DNA from: an uncultured Clostridia bacterium
GTDB lineage: Bacteria; Bacillota; Clostridia; TANB77; CAG-508
Assembly: GCA_934177795.1 (NCBI GenBank)
Contig: CAKPPS010000002.1
Span: forward strand, 19,607 to 83,606
DNA: 64,000 nt
Direction: 5' to 3'
A model generated the notes under the pieces. The model did not search any database, was not told the origin of the DNA, and saw only the letters and a program-made list of their open reading frames with translations. Position 1 is the first letter of the stretch. Every line of letters starts with the position of its first letter. Position numbers and translations under genes: made by a program. This document shows positions 27,743 through 37,773 of this stretch, in pieces.

Positions 27743-28577
27743 AAGGCAATACTAATTTTGAGTTTTCCATATTAAGACCTATTTCTCCTGAGTCTAATTT
27801 TCCTTTATGCTTTTTTGCAACCGTTAAATTTAAAATATTTTCTAATACTTTTGCTGATATTCCTGTAGTATATGAATTAATTAAGAAAAACAAAGGATTA
27901 TCTGATAAAACTTGATTACATAATTGTACTAAATCATATATATTGTTTTCAAATTGCCACACTTCACCTTTTGCTCCTCTTCCATAAGATGGCGGATCCA
28001 TTATTATTGCATCATATTTATTTCCTCTTCTTATTTCCCTGTTAACAAATTTGACTACATCATCTACAATAAATCTTACTGGTCTATCTTGTAATTTTGA
28101 TGATATAACATTCTCTTTAGCCCATGTTGTCATTCCTTTTGAGCTATCAACATGGCATACAGAAGCTCCTGCTGATAGACATGCTACTGTTGCTCCTCCT
28201 GTATATGCAAATAAATTTAAAACTTTTATTTCTCTCTTTTCTTTAGATATTTTATTTATCATCCAATCCCAATTAACTGCCTGTTCTGGAAACAATCCTG
28301 TATGTTTGAATCCCATTGGTTTTATATTAAAAGTTAAATTTTTATACTTTATTTGCCATTGTTGAGGCATTTTTTTCTTAAAACTCCATGCTCCGCCTCC
28401 TGTTTTACTTCTATTGTATACAGCATTGATTTCTTTCCATTTATTAGGATAGCTTTTTTCTTTCCATATTATTTGTGGATCTGGTCTTGATAATACTACA
28501 TTTCCCCATTTTTCTAACTTTTGTCCATCTGCCATATCCAAAATTTTATATTCTTTCCATTCACTTGCTATTTTCAT
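27714..28577 (-). CDS. class I SAM-dependent methyltransferase (RlmI/Methyltrans_SAM-like)
   Basis: LNLFAYTGGATV (SAM motif I) and IIMDPPSYGRG (motif IV). Overlaps the downstream rluA-like gene. Confidence 0.75.
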   Translation of the reverse strand: MKIASEWKEYKILDMADGQKLEKWGNVVLSRPDPQIIWKEKSYPNKWKEINAVYNRSKTGGGAWSFKKKMPQQWQIKYKNLTFNIKPMGFKHTGLFPEQAVNWDWMINKISKEKREIKVLNLFAYTGGATVACLSAGASVCHVDSSKGMTTWAKENVISSKLQDRPVRFIVDDVVKFVNREIRRGNKYDAIIMDPPSYGRGAKGEVWQFENNIYDLVQLCNQVLSDNPLFFLINSYTTGISAKVLENILNLTVAKKHKGKLDSGEIGLNMENSKLVLPCGIYGRWEK

Positions 28578-28639
28578 AATTTTTTACACAGTTTTTAACT
28601 GCTACCTCCTTATTAGAATAGCAATATTTTATCATATTT

Positions 28640-28831
28640 TTATAAAGTTTGCAAAATTTTAAAGAAATTATATATCATTAAACCATTTATAACTGATAAA
28701 ATCATTAGTAATGTAATTATTATTGTAATCCATCTATGTCTAGCAATACAATTAATTATTCGCTTATTTATTTTATATTTGCTCGTCTTTTTTTCTCTTA
28801 ATGTTGGTAATATCTCTTTTGCATATTCCAT
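28640..28831 (-). CDS. small membrane protein (63 aa)
   Basis: GGGAGGA SD 8 nt before ATG 28831. One C-terminal TM (WITIIITLLMILSVINGLMIY). Confidence 0.45.
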   Translation of the reverse strand: MEYAKEILPTLREKKTSKYKINKRIINCIARHRWITIIITLLMILSVINGLMIYNFFKILQTL

Positions 28832-29051
28832 TTTTACATTCCTCCCATTCACAGTATTTTATGTTTGTTTCTTATCTTTTATTCTTATTTTTTTAAAAAC
28901 TTTTCAGACATTTCTACTTTTTTAGCATTTGTGACAGAAAAAAACGCATCTAATTTACATAATTTGATTTTTAAAGGGTTTTATGCTATAATAAATTTAT
29001 GTTAGGGAAAAATCCCATGTAGTCAACAACTAATAGAAAGGAAGAAGCTTT

Positions 29052-29327
29052 ATGAAAAATTTAGCAATGAACACAAAAACTTTTAAACGGAACTTGAAAA
29101 TCACAACTAGAATAACCACTATGATTGCCGTCATGGCAGCAATAGTTATTTTTTTCACATTAATCCTTCTTAATCTTTCTGCTATTTCACAAATTCCTGG
29201 TGGAATTTGGAATGCTATATTAGCATTTCCTTCAGACTGGATTATTTCTGGAGTAATTGGAGCCATTATTGCTTCTATTGCCTGGGGAATTTTCTGGCAC
29301 TTGAATAGACCTGGTAGAAAAAAATAA
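29052..29327 (+). CDS. small membrane protein (91 aa, two TM)
   Basis: AGGAAG SD. Promoter TTGATT-17-TATAAT at about 28963-28995. Terminator hairpin directly downstream. Preferred over the antisense ORF 29030-29350. Confidence 0.55.
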   Translation: MKNLAMNTKTFKRNLKITTRITTMIAVMAAIVIFFTLILLNLSAISQIPGGIWNAILAFPSDWIISGVIGAIIASIAWGIFWHLNRPGRKK

Positions 29328-29348
29328 TATTGGGGACTATCTTCATTC

Positions 29349-29378
29349 AAAAAACTTCCTTTTTTAGGAAGTTTTTTG
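29349..29378 (+). terminator. intrinsic terminator
   Basis: Stem AAAAACTTCCT / AGGAAGTTTTT followed by a T-run. Confidence 0.7.
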
Positions 29379-29469
29379 ATTTTTTATTGTAATTATTTTT
29401 AGTGCCTGATATAATAACATAGTAACTTAAGAAAATTCTTAACAACTTTGCAAGGAGGCGAAGTACTAT

Positions 29470-29610
29470 ATGAAACTGAAAAAAGCAATTACTTTTTTAG
29501 CTATTTTTGTTTTAGGTTATCTTATTACAGATACCTATCGATTTAACAAAGCATTACTGGAATACTTTCCGGGATTAGGAATAGCTTTAGTTCCTAATAA
29601 AGATTTCTAG
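29470..29610 (+). CDS. small membrane protein (46 aa); not in the ORF track
   Basis: AAGGAGG SD 9 nt upstream. MKLKKAITFLAIFVLGYLITDTY signal/TM. Possible promoter TTGTAA-17-TATAAT upstream. Confidence 0.45.
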   Translation: MKLKKAITFLAIFVLGYLITDTYRFNKALLEYFPGLGIALVPNKDF

Positions 29611-29673
29611 CTTAAAAATAAAAAGATATCTTTTGAACTCTACTTTTGAGGTATTGTTCATTTCGATATCTTT

Positions 29674-31524
29674 TTATTTTTGTAATTTTTGTGCTAATTC
29701 TTTAGTAATTCCTTTTACTTCCATTAGCTGTTCAATAGATGCTTCGTTTATTTTTTGCATACTTCCAAATCTTTTTAATAAAGCTTGCTTTTTTACTTTT
29801 CCTATTCCTTTTATATCATCTAATTCTGATTTAGTTATATCTTTATCTCTTAATTTTCTATGATATGTAATTGCAGTATCATGTACAGTATCTTGAAATC
29901 TTGTAATTAATTTTTTTAAATCCTCTGATATTTCTAGCTCGTTCTTTTCTTCATCCATTAAAGCTCTTGTTTGATGTTTATTATTTTTTACCATTCCAAA
30001 TACTTTTATATCAAATTTATTTTTTATGTCTGCTATTTTTTCTTCTACTTCTATATCATCTTGTATAATCTTTTGTATATACTCATTTTTTACTATTTCT
30101 ATTGCTTTTTTAGTTGCCCTTATTTGAGTAATTCCTCCATCTGCAAAAATTGCATCTGGTAAACTTCCAAATCCACCTTTAGGATTGTCTATAGAATGTT
30201 TTAACCTTCTTGTTATTACTTCTTCCATACATCTAGGATCATCTTGTCCATATACTGTCTTTATTTTAAATCTTCTAGATAAATTTTTTTTGATTATTCC
30301 ATCTTGCATAACACACATAGCAGCTACCATATATTCACCTGATATATTTGATATATCATAAGTTTCTATTTTTCTTGGTACTGTTGTCATTTTCATAATA
30401 TCTTTTAACTCTAATAAGATTTTACTTTTGTCTTTTTCTTTATTTTCTAATGTAACTTTACTGTTTAATTCTGCCATTTCTACAAATCTTAATTTTTCTC
30501 CCTTTTTAGGGGTTTTTATTTCCACTTTTTTTCCTAATTCTGTGGATAACCATTCCTCTATAGCTATCTTATCTTCAATTTCTTCTCTTATCATTATTTT
30601 ATTTGGAATATTAGGATTATTTAGATAAAATTGTTTTATAAAACCAGACAAAATTTCTTTATCTTCCATGTCTTGTAAATCTGTATAAAAATAGTGTTCC
30701 CTTCCTATCATTTTACTTCCTCTTACAAAAAATATTTCTATACAAACTTCTATCTCTGACTTTGCTATTCCTATAACATCAATACTATTTTCAGATATAT
30801 TTGAAACTTTTTGTTTTTCTGATGCCCTTTCTATGGCAATTTTTCTATCTCTTAAATATGCTGCTTTCTCAAACTCTAGTTTTTTAGATGCTTTTTCCAT
30901 CTGTATTTGTAAATCTTTGATAACTTTAGTTGTTTTTCCTTCTAACAAATCTATGATTTCATTTATTTGATTCATATACTCATCTTTATCAACTTCTTTT
31001 ACGCAAGGTGCCAAGCATCTTCCAATGTGGTAATTAAGACATGGTCGAGTTCTAGGCTTTAAAGTTCTACATTGATGTATCTTATATCTTCCTTTTATAA
31101 AATCTAGCATTTCCTTTGCAGCTCCTGGATTAGCATAAGGTCCAAAATATTTGGCTCCATCATTAATAATTCTTCTTGTATAATAAACTCCTGGATATTC
31201 TGATTTTACATCGATTTTTATATATGGATATGTTTTATCATCTTTTAATAATACATTAAATTTAGGTTTATTTTTTTTTATTAAATTGCACTCTAATATT
31301 AATGCTTCTGCTTCATTATCTACCACTATATATTCAAAATGATCTATTAATGAAACCATTTTTTCTATTCTAGCAGTTTTATTGTTTTTTCTAAAATATT
31401 GTCTAACTCTATTTTTCAATGAAATCGCTTTTCCTACATATATAATTTTATCATCTTTGTCATGCATTATATATACACCAGGTTTTCCCGGCAATTTTTT
31501 TAATTCTTCTTCAATATCGAACAT
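29674..31524 (-). CDS. uvrC: excinuclease ABC subunit C
   Basis: GIY-YIG N-terminus (PGVYIMHDKDDKIIYVGKA), UVR domain, C-terminal HhH (GIGKVKKQALLKRFGS). Confidence 0.95.
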   Translation of the reverse strand: MFDIEEELKKLPGKPGVYIMHDKDDKIIYVGKAISLKNRVRQYFRKNNKTARIEKMVSLIDHFEYIVVDNEAEALILECNLIKKNKPKFNVLLKDDKTYPYIKIDVKSEYPGVYYTRRIINDGAKYFGPYANPGAAKEMLDFIKGRYKIHQCRTLKPRTRPCLNYHIGRCLAPCVKEVDKDEYMNQINEIIDLLEGKTTKVIKDLQIQMEKASKKLEFEKAAYLRDRKIAIERASEKQKVSNISENSIDVIGIAKSEIEVCIEIFFVRGSKMIGREHYFYTDLQDMEDKEILSGFIKQFYLNNPNIPNKIMIREEIEDKIAIEEWLSTELGKKVEIKTPKKGEKLRFVEMAELNSKVTLENKEKDKSKILLELKDIMKMTTVPRKIETYDISNISGEYMVAAMCVMQDGIIKKNLSRRFKIKTVYGQDDPRCMEEVITRRLKHSIDNPKGGFGSLPDAIFADGGITQIRATKKAIEIVKNEYIQKIIQDDIEVEEKIADIKNKFDIKVFGMVKNNKHQTRALMDEEKNELEISEDLKKLITRFQDTVHDTAITYHRKLRDKDITKSELDDIKGIGKVKKQALLKRFGSMQKINEASIEQLMEVKGITKELAQKLQK

Positions 31525-31538
31525 TATAAATCTTTCCT

Positions 31539-32057
31539 TTAAAAATCTTGTTCATTTTCTATATACCCAATATAAGGCAAGTTTCTATAGAATTGGTTAT
31601 AATCTAAACCATATCCTATTACGAATTTATCTTCAATTGAAAATCCAATATAATCCACATTTAATTCTTTTGTTCGCCTTGATGGTTTGCTTAATAGTGT
31701 AGCTATTTTTAGAGATTTTGGATTTTTTAATTTTAGATATTCTGTTAAAAATGATAATGTTATTCCTGTATCTATGATATCTTCTACTATTATTACATTT
31801 TTTCCTTCTATACTATTTCTTAAGTCTTTTATAATTTTTACTTTTCCTGTTGTTTCTAGTCCTTCATAACTTGCTACTTCCATAAATTCAAATTCTACTT
31901 TTGTTTTTAATTTTTTAGCTAGTTCTACCATAAATACAATAGAACCTTTTAGTATCCCTAATAAAACCACTTCTTTTCCTTGGTAGTCTTTGTCTATTTG
32001 TTTTGCCATTTCTGTTAATCTTTTTTCTATTCTTGATTCGTTTATTAATACATTCAT
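31539..32057 (-). CDS. hpt: hypoxanthine phosphoribosyltransferase
   Basis: PRPP-binding motif VIIVEDIIDTGITL; 172 aa. Confidence 0.9.
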   Translation of the reverse strand: MNVLINESRIEKRLTEMAKQIDKDYQGKEVVLLGILKGSIVFMVELAKKLKTKVEFEFMEVASYEGLETTGKVKIIKDLRNSIEGKNVIIVEDIIDTGITLSFLTEYLKLKNPKSLKIATLLSKPSRRTKELNVDYIGFSIEDKFVIGYGLDYNQFYRNLPYIGYIENEQDF

Positions 32058-32177
32058 AATACAATCCCCCTAACATTATCTATAATTGCATTATAACTTA
32101 CTTTAACTTTTTTATCAATTGATTTTATTTAAAATTCCCAAACTAATATTTTATAATAAAAAATTTTTCGTGCAAAA

Positions 32178-32222
32178 ATCCCGCAGCTTATAATTAAGCT
32201 ACGGGATTAAATTTTTTTGCTA
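32178..32222. terminator. bidirectional intrinsic terminator
   Basis: Stem AATCCCGCAGCTTA / TAAGCTACGGGATT with one mismatch, flanked by A-run and T-run. Confidence 0.65.
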
Positions 32223-32253
32223 TTTCTAGCTATTACTTACTGTTAAATTTCCT

Positions 32254-32580
32254 TTAAACCATTAAAGCATTTGCAAGCTCTGCGATATCTTGCTTTACTG
32301 GATTGTATCTCCTTAAGAGCTTAATTGAACTTTTAAGTATTTCCCAGTCTACATATTCTGGAATTCCAAGAACCTGACCAATTCTATATCAGTATTGGGG
32401 TCCCAAAGGAAAATCCTCACAAGATACCAATGTTGTATCATAATACGAATCTGGAATATTTTTACATTCTTCTAATTTTTCCTTCATGCTGAATAATTCT
32501 TCCTGCAATTGATTAATCTTCCGTTCTTTTTGTTGTATCTCTGTCTCCATTTCTCTTATTGCAATTTCTTTTGATGTCAT
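32254..32580 (-). pseudogene. small gene interrupted by an in-frame TGA (63 codons + TGA + 44 codons)
   Basis: The same frame continues after the TGA at 32389-32391 as YRIGQVLGIPEYVDWEILKSSIKLLRRYNPVKQDIAELANALMV*. It ends about 30 nt before the terminator hairpin. Confidence 0.45.
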
Positions 32581-32694
32581 TACTATTTCCCCCTAGTTGA
32601 TATTTGAATCATTATAACATTTTTATATAAATTTAACAATATGGTAAAAGGGATTGCTAATTAAAATCAGCAACCCCTTTCGTAAAAACTACAG

Positions 32695-33069
32695 TTATCT
32701 AAATCTCTGGATAATATCCTGCCAGTTATTGTATCTTTGCTTTTCGCATACTTTCTGGCAAATTGGATTAGAGATTAATACCTGATACATTTTATCTTCA
32801 TCAAAATGATAAACATCACCAAATTTATGAGGCGTATCTTCTTTTAAGATTGTAAGCATTTTTTCAATTTCACCATTAGATAAATTTCCAATCTGCTTGC
32901 ATACCTTTCTGAAAAACGACATACTGTGGTCATTATCCCGAACAAATCGAGTATTAAAAAACTTTTGATTTACTCCTCCGTTGTTTTCTGCTGCAATTCC
33001 TTGTGCAACGCTGGATAAATTTTTTCTTGTAGGATGTTCTCCAGCTAAACTGTCATAATGTACACTCAT
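32695..33069 (-). CDS. hypothetical protein (124 aa)
   Basis: AGGAGGA SD. Visibly GC-richer codons than the neighbouring core genes. No motif recognised. Confidence 0.55.
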   Translation of the reverse strand: MSVHYDSLAGEHPTRKNLSSVAQGIAAENNGGVNQKFFNTRFVRDNDHSMSFFRKVCKQIGNLSNGEIEKMLTILKEDTPHKFGDVYHFDEDKMYQVLISNPICQKVCEKQRYNNWQDIIQRFR

Positions 33070-33290
33070 TTTTGTCCTCCTATTAGTTTTTACTAAATCT
33101 TTAATGCAAAATTAAATTACATTAATAAATATTGAGTATCACATATTATATTAACATACTTTTAAAGTTATGTCTACTATTTTTCATAATTTTATTCTTA
33201 TGATTGCATCATCACCATTCCTTTTTCTACATGTTATTGATTTTTAACCTTATTTATGCTAATATATAGACTGATAAAAGGAGGAATAAG

Positions 33291-34145
33291 ATGATAGATA
33301 TATTACAAGATACAATTATAGATACTATAAAATTAATTCCATTTTTATTTCTTACATATTTATTAATGGAATATCTTGAACATAAAACAAAGCAGAAAAA
33401 TAGAGAAACAATTAAAAAATCAGGACATTTAGGTCCTTTATTTGGTGCTATATTAGGTGTTATTCCTCAATGTGGTTTTTCTGTATCTGCAACTAATTTA
33501 TATGCTGCTAGAGTAATTACACTTGGTACATTAATTTCTGTTTATTTATCAACATCTGATGAAATGTTGCCTATTTTAATTTCCGAAGGTACTTCACTTG
33601 ATGTTATGTTTAAAATATTGGCTATAAAACTTGCTATTGGTATGATTTTTGGATTTTTAATAGATTTTATAATTAGAATTAAAAATAAAGGTAATTTTGA
33701 AAAAGAAGAAATTGTAGATTTATGTGAAAAAGAACACTGTCATTGTGAACATGGAATATTTAAATCAGCATTAAAACACACTGTTAATATCTTAATTTTT
33801 ATATTTATTATCACTCTATTAATAAATATAGTTATTTACTTTATAGGAGAAGATAATATTTCTAGAGTTATGCTTAACCGCCCAATATTAGGCCCTATAG
33901 TATCTGGATTGATTGGCCTAATTCCAAATTGTGCAGCTTCTGTTATAATTACCCAGATGTATTTACAAAACATTATATCTGCTGGTGCAATGATATCTGG
34001 TTTATTAGTAGGTGCTGGTATAGGTTTAGCTGTATTATTTAAAACTAATAAAAGTATTAAAGAAAGTATACAAATTACACTTATTTTATACTTTATCTCT
34101 GTCGTTAGCGGTATTTTCTTAGAATTTATTGGTCTAACAATTTAA
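33291..34145 (+). CDS. polytopic membrane protein, ArsP_2-like putative metal permease
   Basis: AAGGAGGA SD. Duplicated IPQCGFS / IPNCAAS motifs and a central CEKEHCHCEHG Cys/His cluster. Confidence 0.6.
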   Translation: MIDILQDTIIDTIKLIPFLFLTYLLMEYLEHKTKQKNRETIKKSGHLGPLFGAILGVIPQCGFSVSATNLYAARVITLGTLISVYLSTSDEMLPILISEGTSLDVMFKILAIKLAIGMIFGFLIDFIIRIKNKGNFEKEEIVDLCEKEHCHCEHGIFKSALKHTVNILIFIFIITLLINIVIYFIGEDNISRVMLNRPILGPIVSGLIGLIPNCAASVIITQMYLQNIISAGAMISGLLVGAGIGLAVLFKTNKSIKESIQITLILYFISVVSGIFLEFIGLTI

Positions 34146-34289
34146 CATTAAAACATAGATAAATAAAATTTGCATATACTATTATAGTGGATTTTTGTGT
34201 AATACGTATATAAATATATCGGATTTTTGTAATTTTGTTGTGTTGGATTGTTAAGAATTTTGTGACAGAATGTATTAAGTGGTGATAGT

Positions 34290-34548
34290 ATGAATCGTTT
34301 AAAAAGAAAAATTGACCAATATCTAAATGGATTTCTTTATAAGAGATAAAGATTCATTAATTCCAATTGAAGTAAAAGCAAATGATAATGCAACAATTTC
34401 TTTGAATAACTTAATTGATAATAAAAAATATAAAGCCATTAAATATGTTATAAAATTATGTAATAAAAACATTGGATTTAATGGCAAATTCTATACTTTC
34501 CCATATTTCTTAGCTGTCTTTAAAAAAAGATATTTAAGAAAAAAATAA
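34290..34548 (+). pseudogene. collapsed AAA ATPase (DUF4143 family) gene: N-terminal 19 codons plus C-terminal 73 codons in another frame
   Basis: MNRLKRKIDQYL resembles the family N-terminus. DFFIRDKDSLIPIEVKANDNATISL...FPYFLAVF resembles the C-terminal PD-(D/E)xK-like end. The ~300-aa ATPase core is absent. Confidence 0.6.
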
Positions 34549-34607
34549 GCTATTAAAAAATGAGATTTGAGTTATATATAACTTAAATCTCATTTTTTGT
34601 TATGTTT

Positions 34608-36935
34608 TTATTTTTTTTCATTTTTTTTGAAATTTATAACTACAGCATCATCATTATTAAATAGATATTTAGAATCTGTTGTATCTGTTTGAACTGGATC
34701 TATTTCATTTCTTTCATCTTTAAAATCCAAATTCTTTATATCAAACCTCTTCTTTGGAGAAGTATCATCTTCTGTTTCTGTTGTTACCCCATCAGAATAT
34801 TTTCCAAAATCAAAAGTTTTTATTTTTTGTTTTTCTTTATATTTTGATTCTAGATATTTAAAATTACCTGGACCAATTAAGAATTTTCCTCCAATATCTT
34901 TTATTTTATATGCACATTTTTTATCAGTAAGCATTCCTTGTAATTTACCTGCTGAGAAATAATTTACATAATCCCATTTTACATCACCATGTTTATCTTC
35001 ATATTTACCTGTTTTAAAGTTAATATCATTTTTAAATGTCCATTCTCTGTGTTTTCCGAATTCAGATGACCACCAATTTAATTCTTCTATTACTCCACCT
35101 CCGGTAAATATTTTATTTGCACAGTTTGATAAAATTGTATTTTTTAAATTTTCTTTAGATTTATCTGTTGACAATTGTGCTAAATTTTGTGCAGATATGA
35201 TGTTTCCTACACGATATTTTCTATACATAGTAAACATTGCTTCTGTTGCTTTACAAATAAAGTCTGGAAATTCATCTACATACAAGAAATTTGGAATTCT
35301 AGTGTTTTCTCCTCCAGGTCTTCTTAATATAGCATTTTGTAATGATATTAAGAAAAATAGTCCAAATGCTTTATGTGTTGAAGAGCCTAAATCTCCACGT
35401 CTTGTACAGATAAATGTTATTTCACCTTTTGAAAGAATATCATCAAAATTTATATTGTTAAATCTATTACATAAAATTGATTTTACTCCTGGTAATCTTA
35501 AAAGATTATCCAATTGTGTCACTGCTGCATATATATCTCTTTCTGTTTGTTTTCTTCCACTACCATCTTTGTAAAAACATTTTTTGAAATATGCAATTTG
35601 TACACTGTATTTTTCCTTTAACTCTTCATTTGCTGCCATTATTTCACACATTTTTTCTATTAATTCAAAGTTAGTGAACATTTTCAGCATATCTTCCATA
35701 TTGGGAAGTGCTCCTTCATTCATTCTAGGATACATTTCCTTCAATAGAATTGCTAGATTTTCAATAGCTTGTATTATATAATCTTCTCTATATGCATCTT
35801 CTACTTCTTCATGCACATTATTGTACATTGCTTTTAATGCAGAAGAAATTGTAATTGCTATTTTTGTTGGATTATCATATACAAATGGATTTATACCTTT
35901 TGAGTCTGGATTTGATGGATCTATAATATTATACTTAAATCCATAATTGTCACACACTTCTGTTAAATGTTCTATAATTTCATAATCAGGTGACATTATT
36001 TCCATTCCTAAGTTTCTATAAACTGTTTTTCCATCAATTTTTCCTAAAATCATTTTTTTCATATATGCATTATAAACATCTTCTTTTCCATCATTTGGTG
36101 CAAGCATTTCTAATTTAAAATTTTGATTTAAAAAGTCATTATCATAAGGTCTAGTTAAATGTGCTATTCCTGTTTTTAATGCTGTAAATCCCATTTCTTT
36201 AGAAACTTCTCTAAAGAAAAATTTCTTTTCAATATCTCTTGCTATCATTGGTTCAAAAACTAAAGAAGTTTTTCCTGTTCCAGAACCTCCACAAACAAAT
36301 AAAGATGAATATCGAGAAATTTCTGGCATTGTTATAGTTTTTCCAGTATCATTATTTGTGCATAAATATGTTTCACAAGTATATACTCCTCTATCCTTTT
36401 TAGTATCAGATAAATTTATTCCTCCATAATCCCAAATAGAACGAGTCAATTCTAAGCTATCATTTACTCCGAAATATAACCAATTAAATAATGGCCCTAT
36501 TGTTATAAACGGTAAGTATAGTGCTATACTCGTAAATGCTGGTTTTACTACTTCTGAAAAATTTGTAATAATATCTACATAGTTTGGAACTGATATAAAT
36601 AATAACCATAATCCCATATTCAGCCACTGTGTAAACATGGACAGTGCAATAACATATAATCCTATAATATAAATATAGAAAATAGTTACTTTTTTTGCAT
36701 TTGAATCTGCAAATTCTGATGAGCCTGAAAAAAGAAATGCAAATATAGGACAAGCCATAGCTAAAGTATATTGTATCGGTCCCCAATACGAGTATGAAAC
36801 ACCTGTAAAAATCATAAGTAATATTTCTACAATTCTATCTACTGCTAAATATACTGTGATAAGTGTTAATATATATGTTGCAAATGTATTTCTATTTATA
36901 TTTAATTTCTTTAAAAATTTATCTAGTAATTTCAT
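34608..36935 (-). CDS. membrane-anchored TraG/TraD/VirD4-like P-loop NTPase (type IV coupling protein-like)
   Basis: About 4 N-terminal TM segments. Walker A CGGSGTGKTS. Walker B and TraM-recognition-like region LYVDEFPDF...GNIISAQNLAQL. Intact 775-aa ORF. Confidence 0.7.
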   Translation of the reverse strand: MKLLDKFLKKLNINRNTFATYILTLITVYLAVDRIVEILLMIFTGVSYSYWGPIQYTLAMACPIFAFLFSGSSEFADSNAKKVTIFYIYIIGLYVIALSMFTQWLNMGLWLLFISVPNYVDIITNFSEVVKPAFTSIALYLPFITIGPLFNWLYFGVNDSLELTRSIWDYGGINLSDTKKDRGVYTCETYLCTNNDTGKTITMPEISRYSSLFVCGGSGTGKTSLVFEPMIARDIEKKFFFREVSKEMGFTALKTGIAHLTRPYDNDFLNQNFKLEMLAPNDGKEDVYNAYMKKMILGKIDGKTVYRNLGMEIMSPDYEIIEHLTEVCDNYGFKYNIIDPSNPDSKGINPFVYDNPTKIAITISSALKAMYNNVHEEVEDAYREDYIIQAIENLAILLKEMYPRMNEGALPNMEDMLKMFTNFELIEKMCEIMAANEELKEKYSVQIAYFKKCFYKDGSGRKQTERDIYAAVTQLDNLLRLPGVKSILCNRFNNINFDDILSKGEITFICTRRGDLGSSTHKAFGLFFLISLQNAILRRPGGENTRIPNFLYVDEFPDFICKATEAMFTMYRKYRVGNIISAQNLAQLSTDKSKENLKNTILSNCANKIFTGGGVIEELNWWSSEFGKHREWTFKNDINFKTGKYEDKHGDVKWDYVNYFSAGKLQGMLTDKKCAYKIKDIGGKFLIGPGNFKYLESKYKEKQKIKTFDFGKYSDGVTTETEDDTSPKKRFDIKNLDFKDERNEIDPVQTDTTDSKYLFNNDDAVVINFKKNEKK

Positions 36936-37072
36936 TTAAAAAATCCTTTCAAAATCAAAATATTACATATATATTATTCCATAAAATAGCTTAAAAGACA
37001 AGTACTTTCAGGTATTTTGTATAAAAAAATAATTCTTGAATATAATAATAAAAAAATAATGGGAGGATTTAT

Positions 37073-37357
37073 ATGGTTGATGGATACATTCAAGAATACA
37101 ATATTAAAAATTTAAACGAAAAGGAAAAAGAAATTGAATTAATAAAAAATATTATTACTACTAGAAAAGCTATCAAAAATATAGATAAAAATTTTGAATA
37201 TGCACAAGATGAATTAGTAGACTACTATATATATCAACAAAAAGCTAATCAAGCTAAATTAAATTATTTAATAAAAACCGCTAAATTACAAGGTATTACA
37301 GTTGATATGATAAATGATATTAGATATAGTAATCTAATAGAAGAAGATGCTGGATAA
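37073..37357 (+). CDS. YaaL-like protein (DUF2508)
   Basis: GGGAGGA SD. Small helical protein directly upstream of bofA, as in the Bacillus yaaL-bofA arrangement. Confidence 0.5.
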   Translation: MVDGYIQEYNIKNLNEKEKEIELIKNIITTRKAIKNIDKNFEYAQDELVDYYIYQQKANQAKLNYLIKTAKLQGITVDMINDIRYSNLIEEDAG

Positions 37358-37428
37358 TAACAATTATATAAGGTCTATTTGTCCGATTAATAGCATAATT
37401 ATTAATAATAACATTATGGGAGGAAAAA

Positions 37429-37689
37429 ATGGATTTTAATATAATTACATATTTAGCTTGCATAATATTTTTATTTATCTTTGGTAGACTTTTTATTGTT
37501 CCAATAAAAAAAATACTTAAACTTGTTTTTAATTCAATATTAGGTGGTATTGTTATTTATATAATAAATATAATTGGAGCAAATTTTGGATTTCATATTG
37601 GTTTAAATATTGTAAATAGTATTGTTATAGGTATCCTTGGTCTACCTGGTGTTGTATGTTTGATAATTATTAAACTATTGATTGGATAA
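37429..37689 (+). CDS. bofA: pro-sigma-K processing inhibitor BofA
   Basis: 86 aa, two to three TM. SILGGIVIYIIN...GLNIVNSIVIGILGLPGV matches the BofA pattern. Confidence 0.75.
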   Translation: MDFNIITYLACIIFLFIFGRLFIVPIKKILKLVFNSILGGIVIYIINIIGANFGFHIGLNIVNSIVIGILGLPGVVCLIIIKLLIG

Positions 37690-37773
37690 TAAGAATAAAA
37701 GGCTGATGCTTGTAGCTCTTTATATAATAACTTTTCTAATTTTTATACTAGGAAAGTATCATTTTTATATTAG

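Noticed and set aside
29030-29350. 106-aa minus-strand ORF overlapping the 91-aa plus-strand ORF
   Set aside because: The plus-strand ORF has the SD, an upstream consensus promoter and a downstream terminator. The minus-strand frame has none of these.
32389-32391. The in-frame TGA as evidence for genetic code 4 (TGA = Trp)
   Set aside because: Long conserved genes (addB 1119 aa, clpE-like 784 aa, uvrC, glmS) are uninterrupted under the standard code and use TGG for Trp. A code-4 genome would fragment them in this ORF track.
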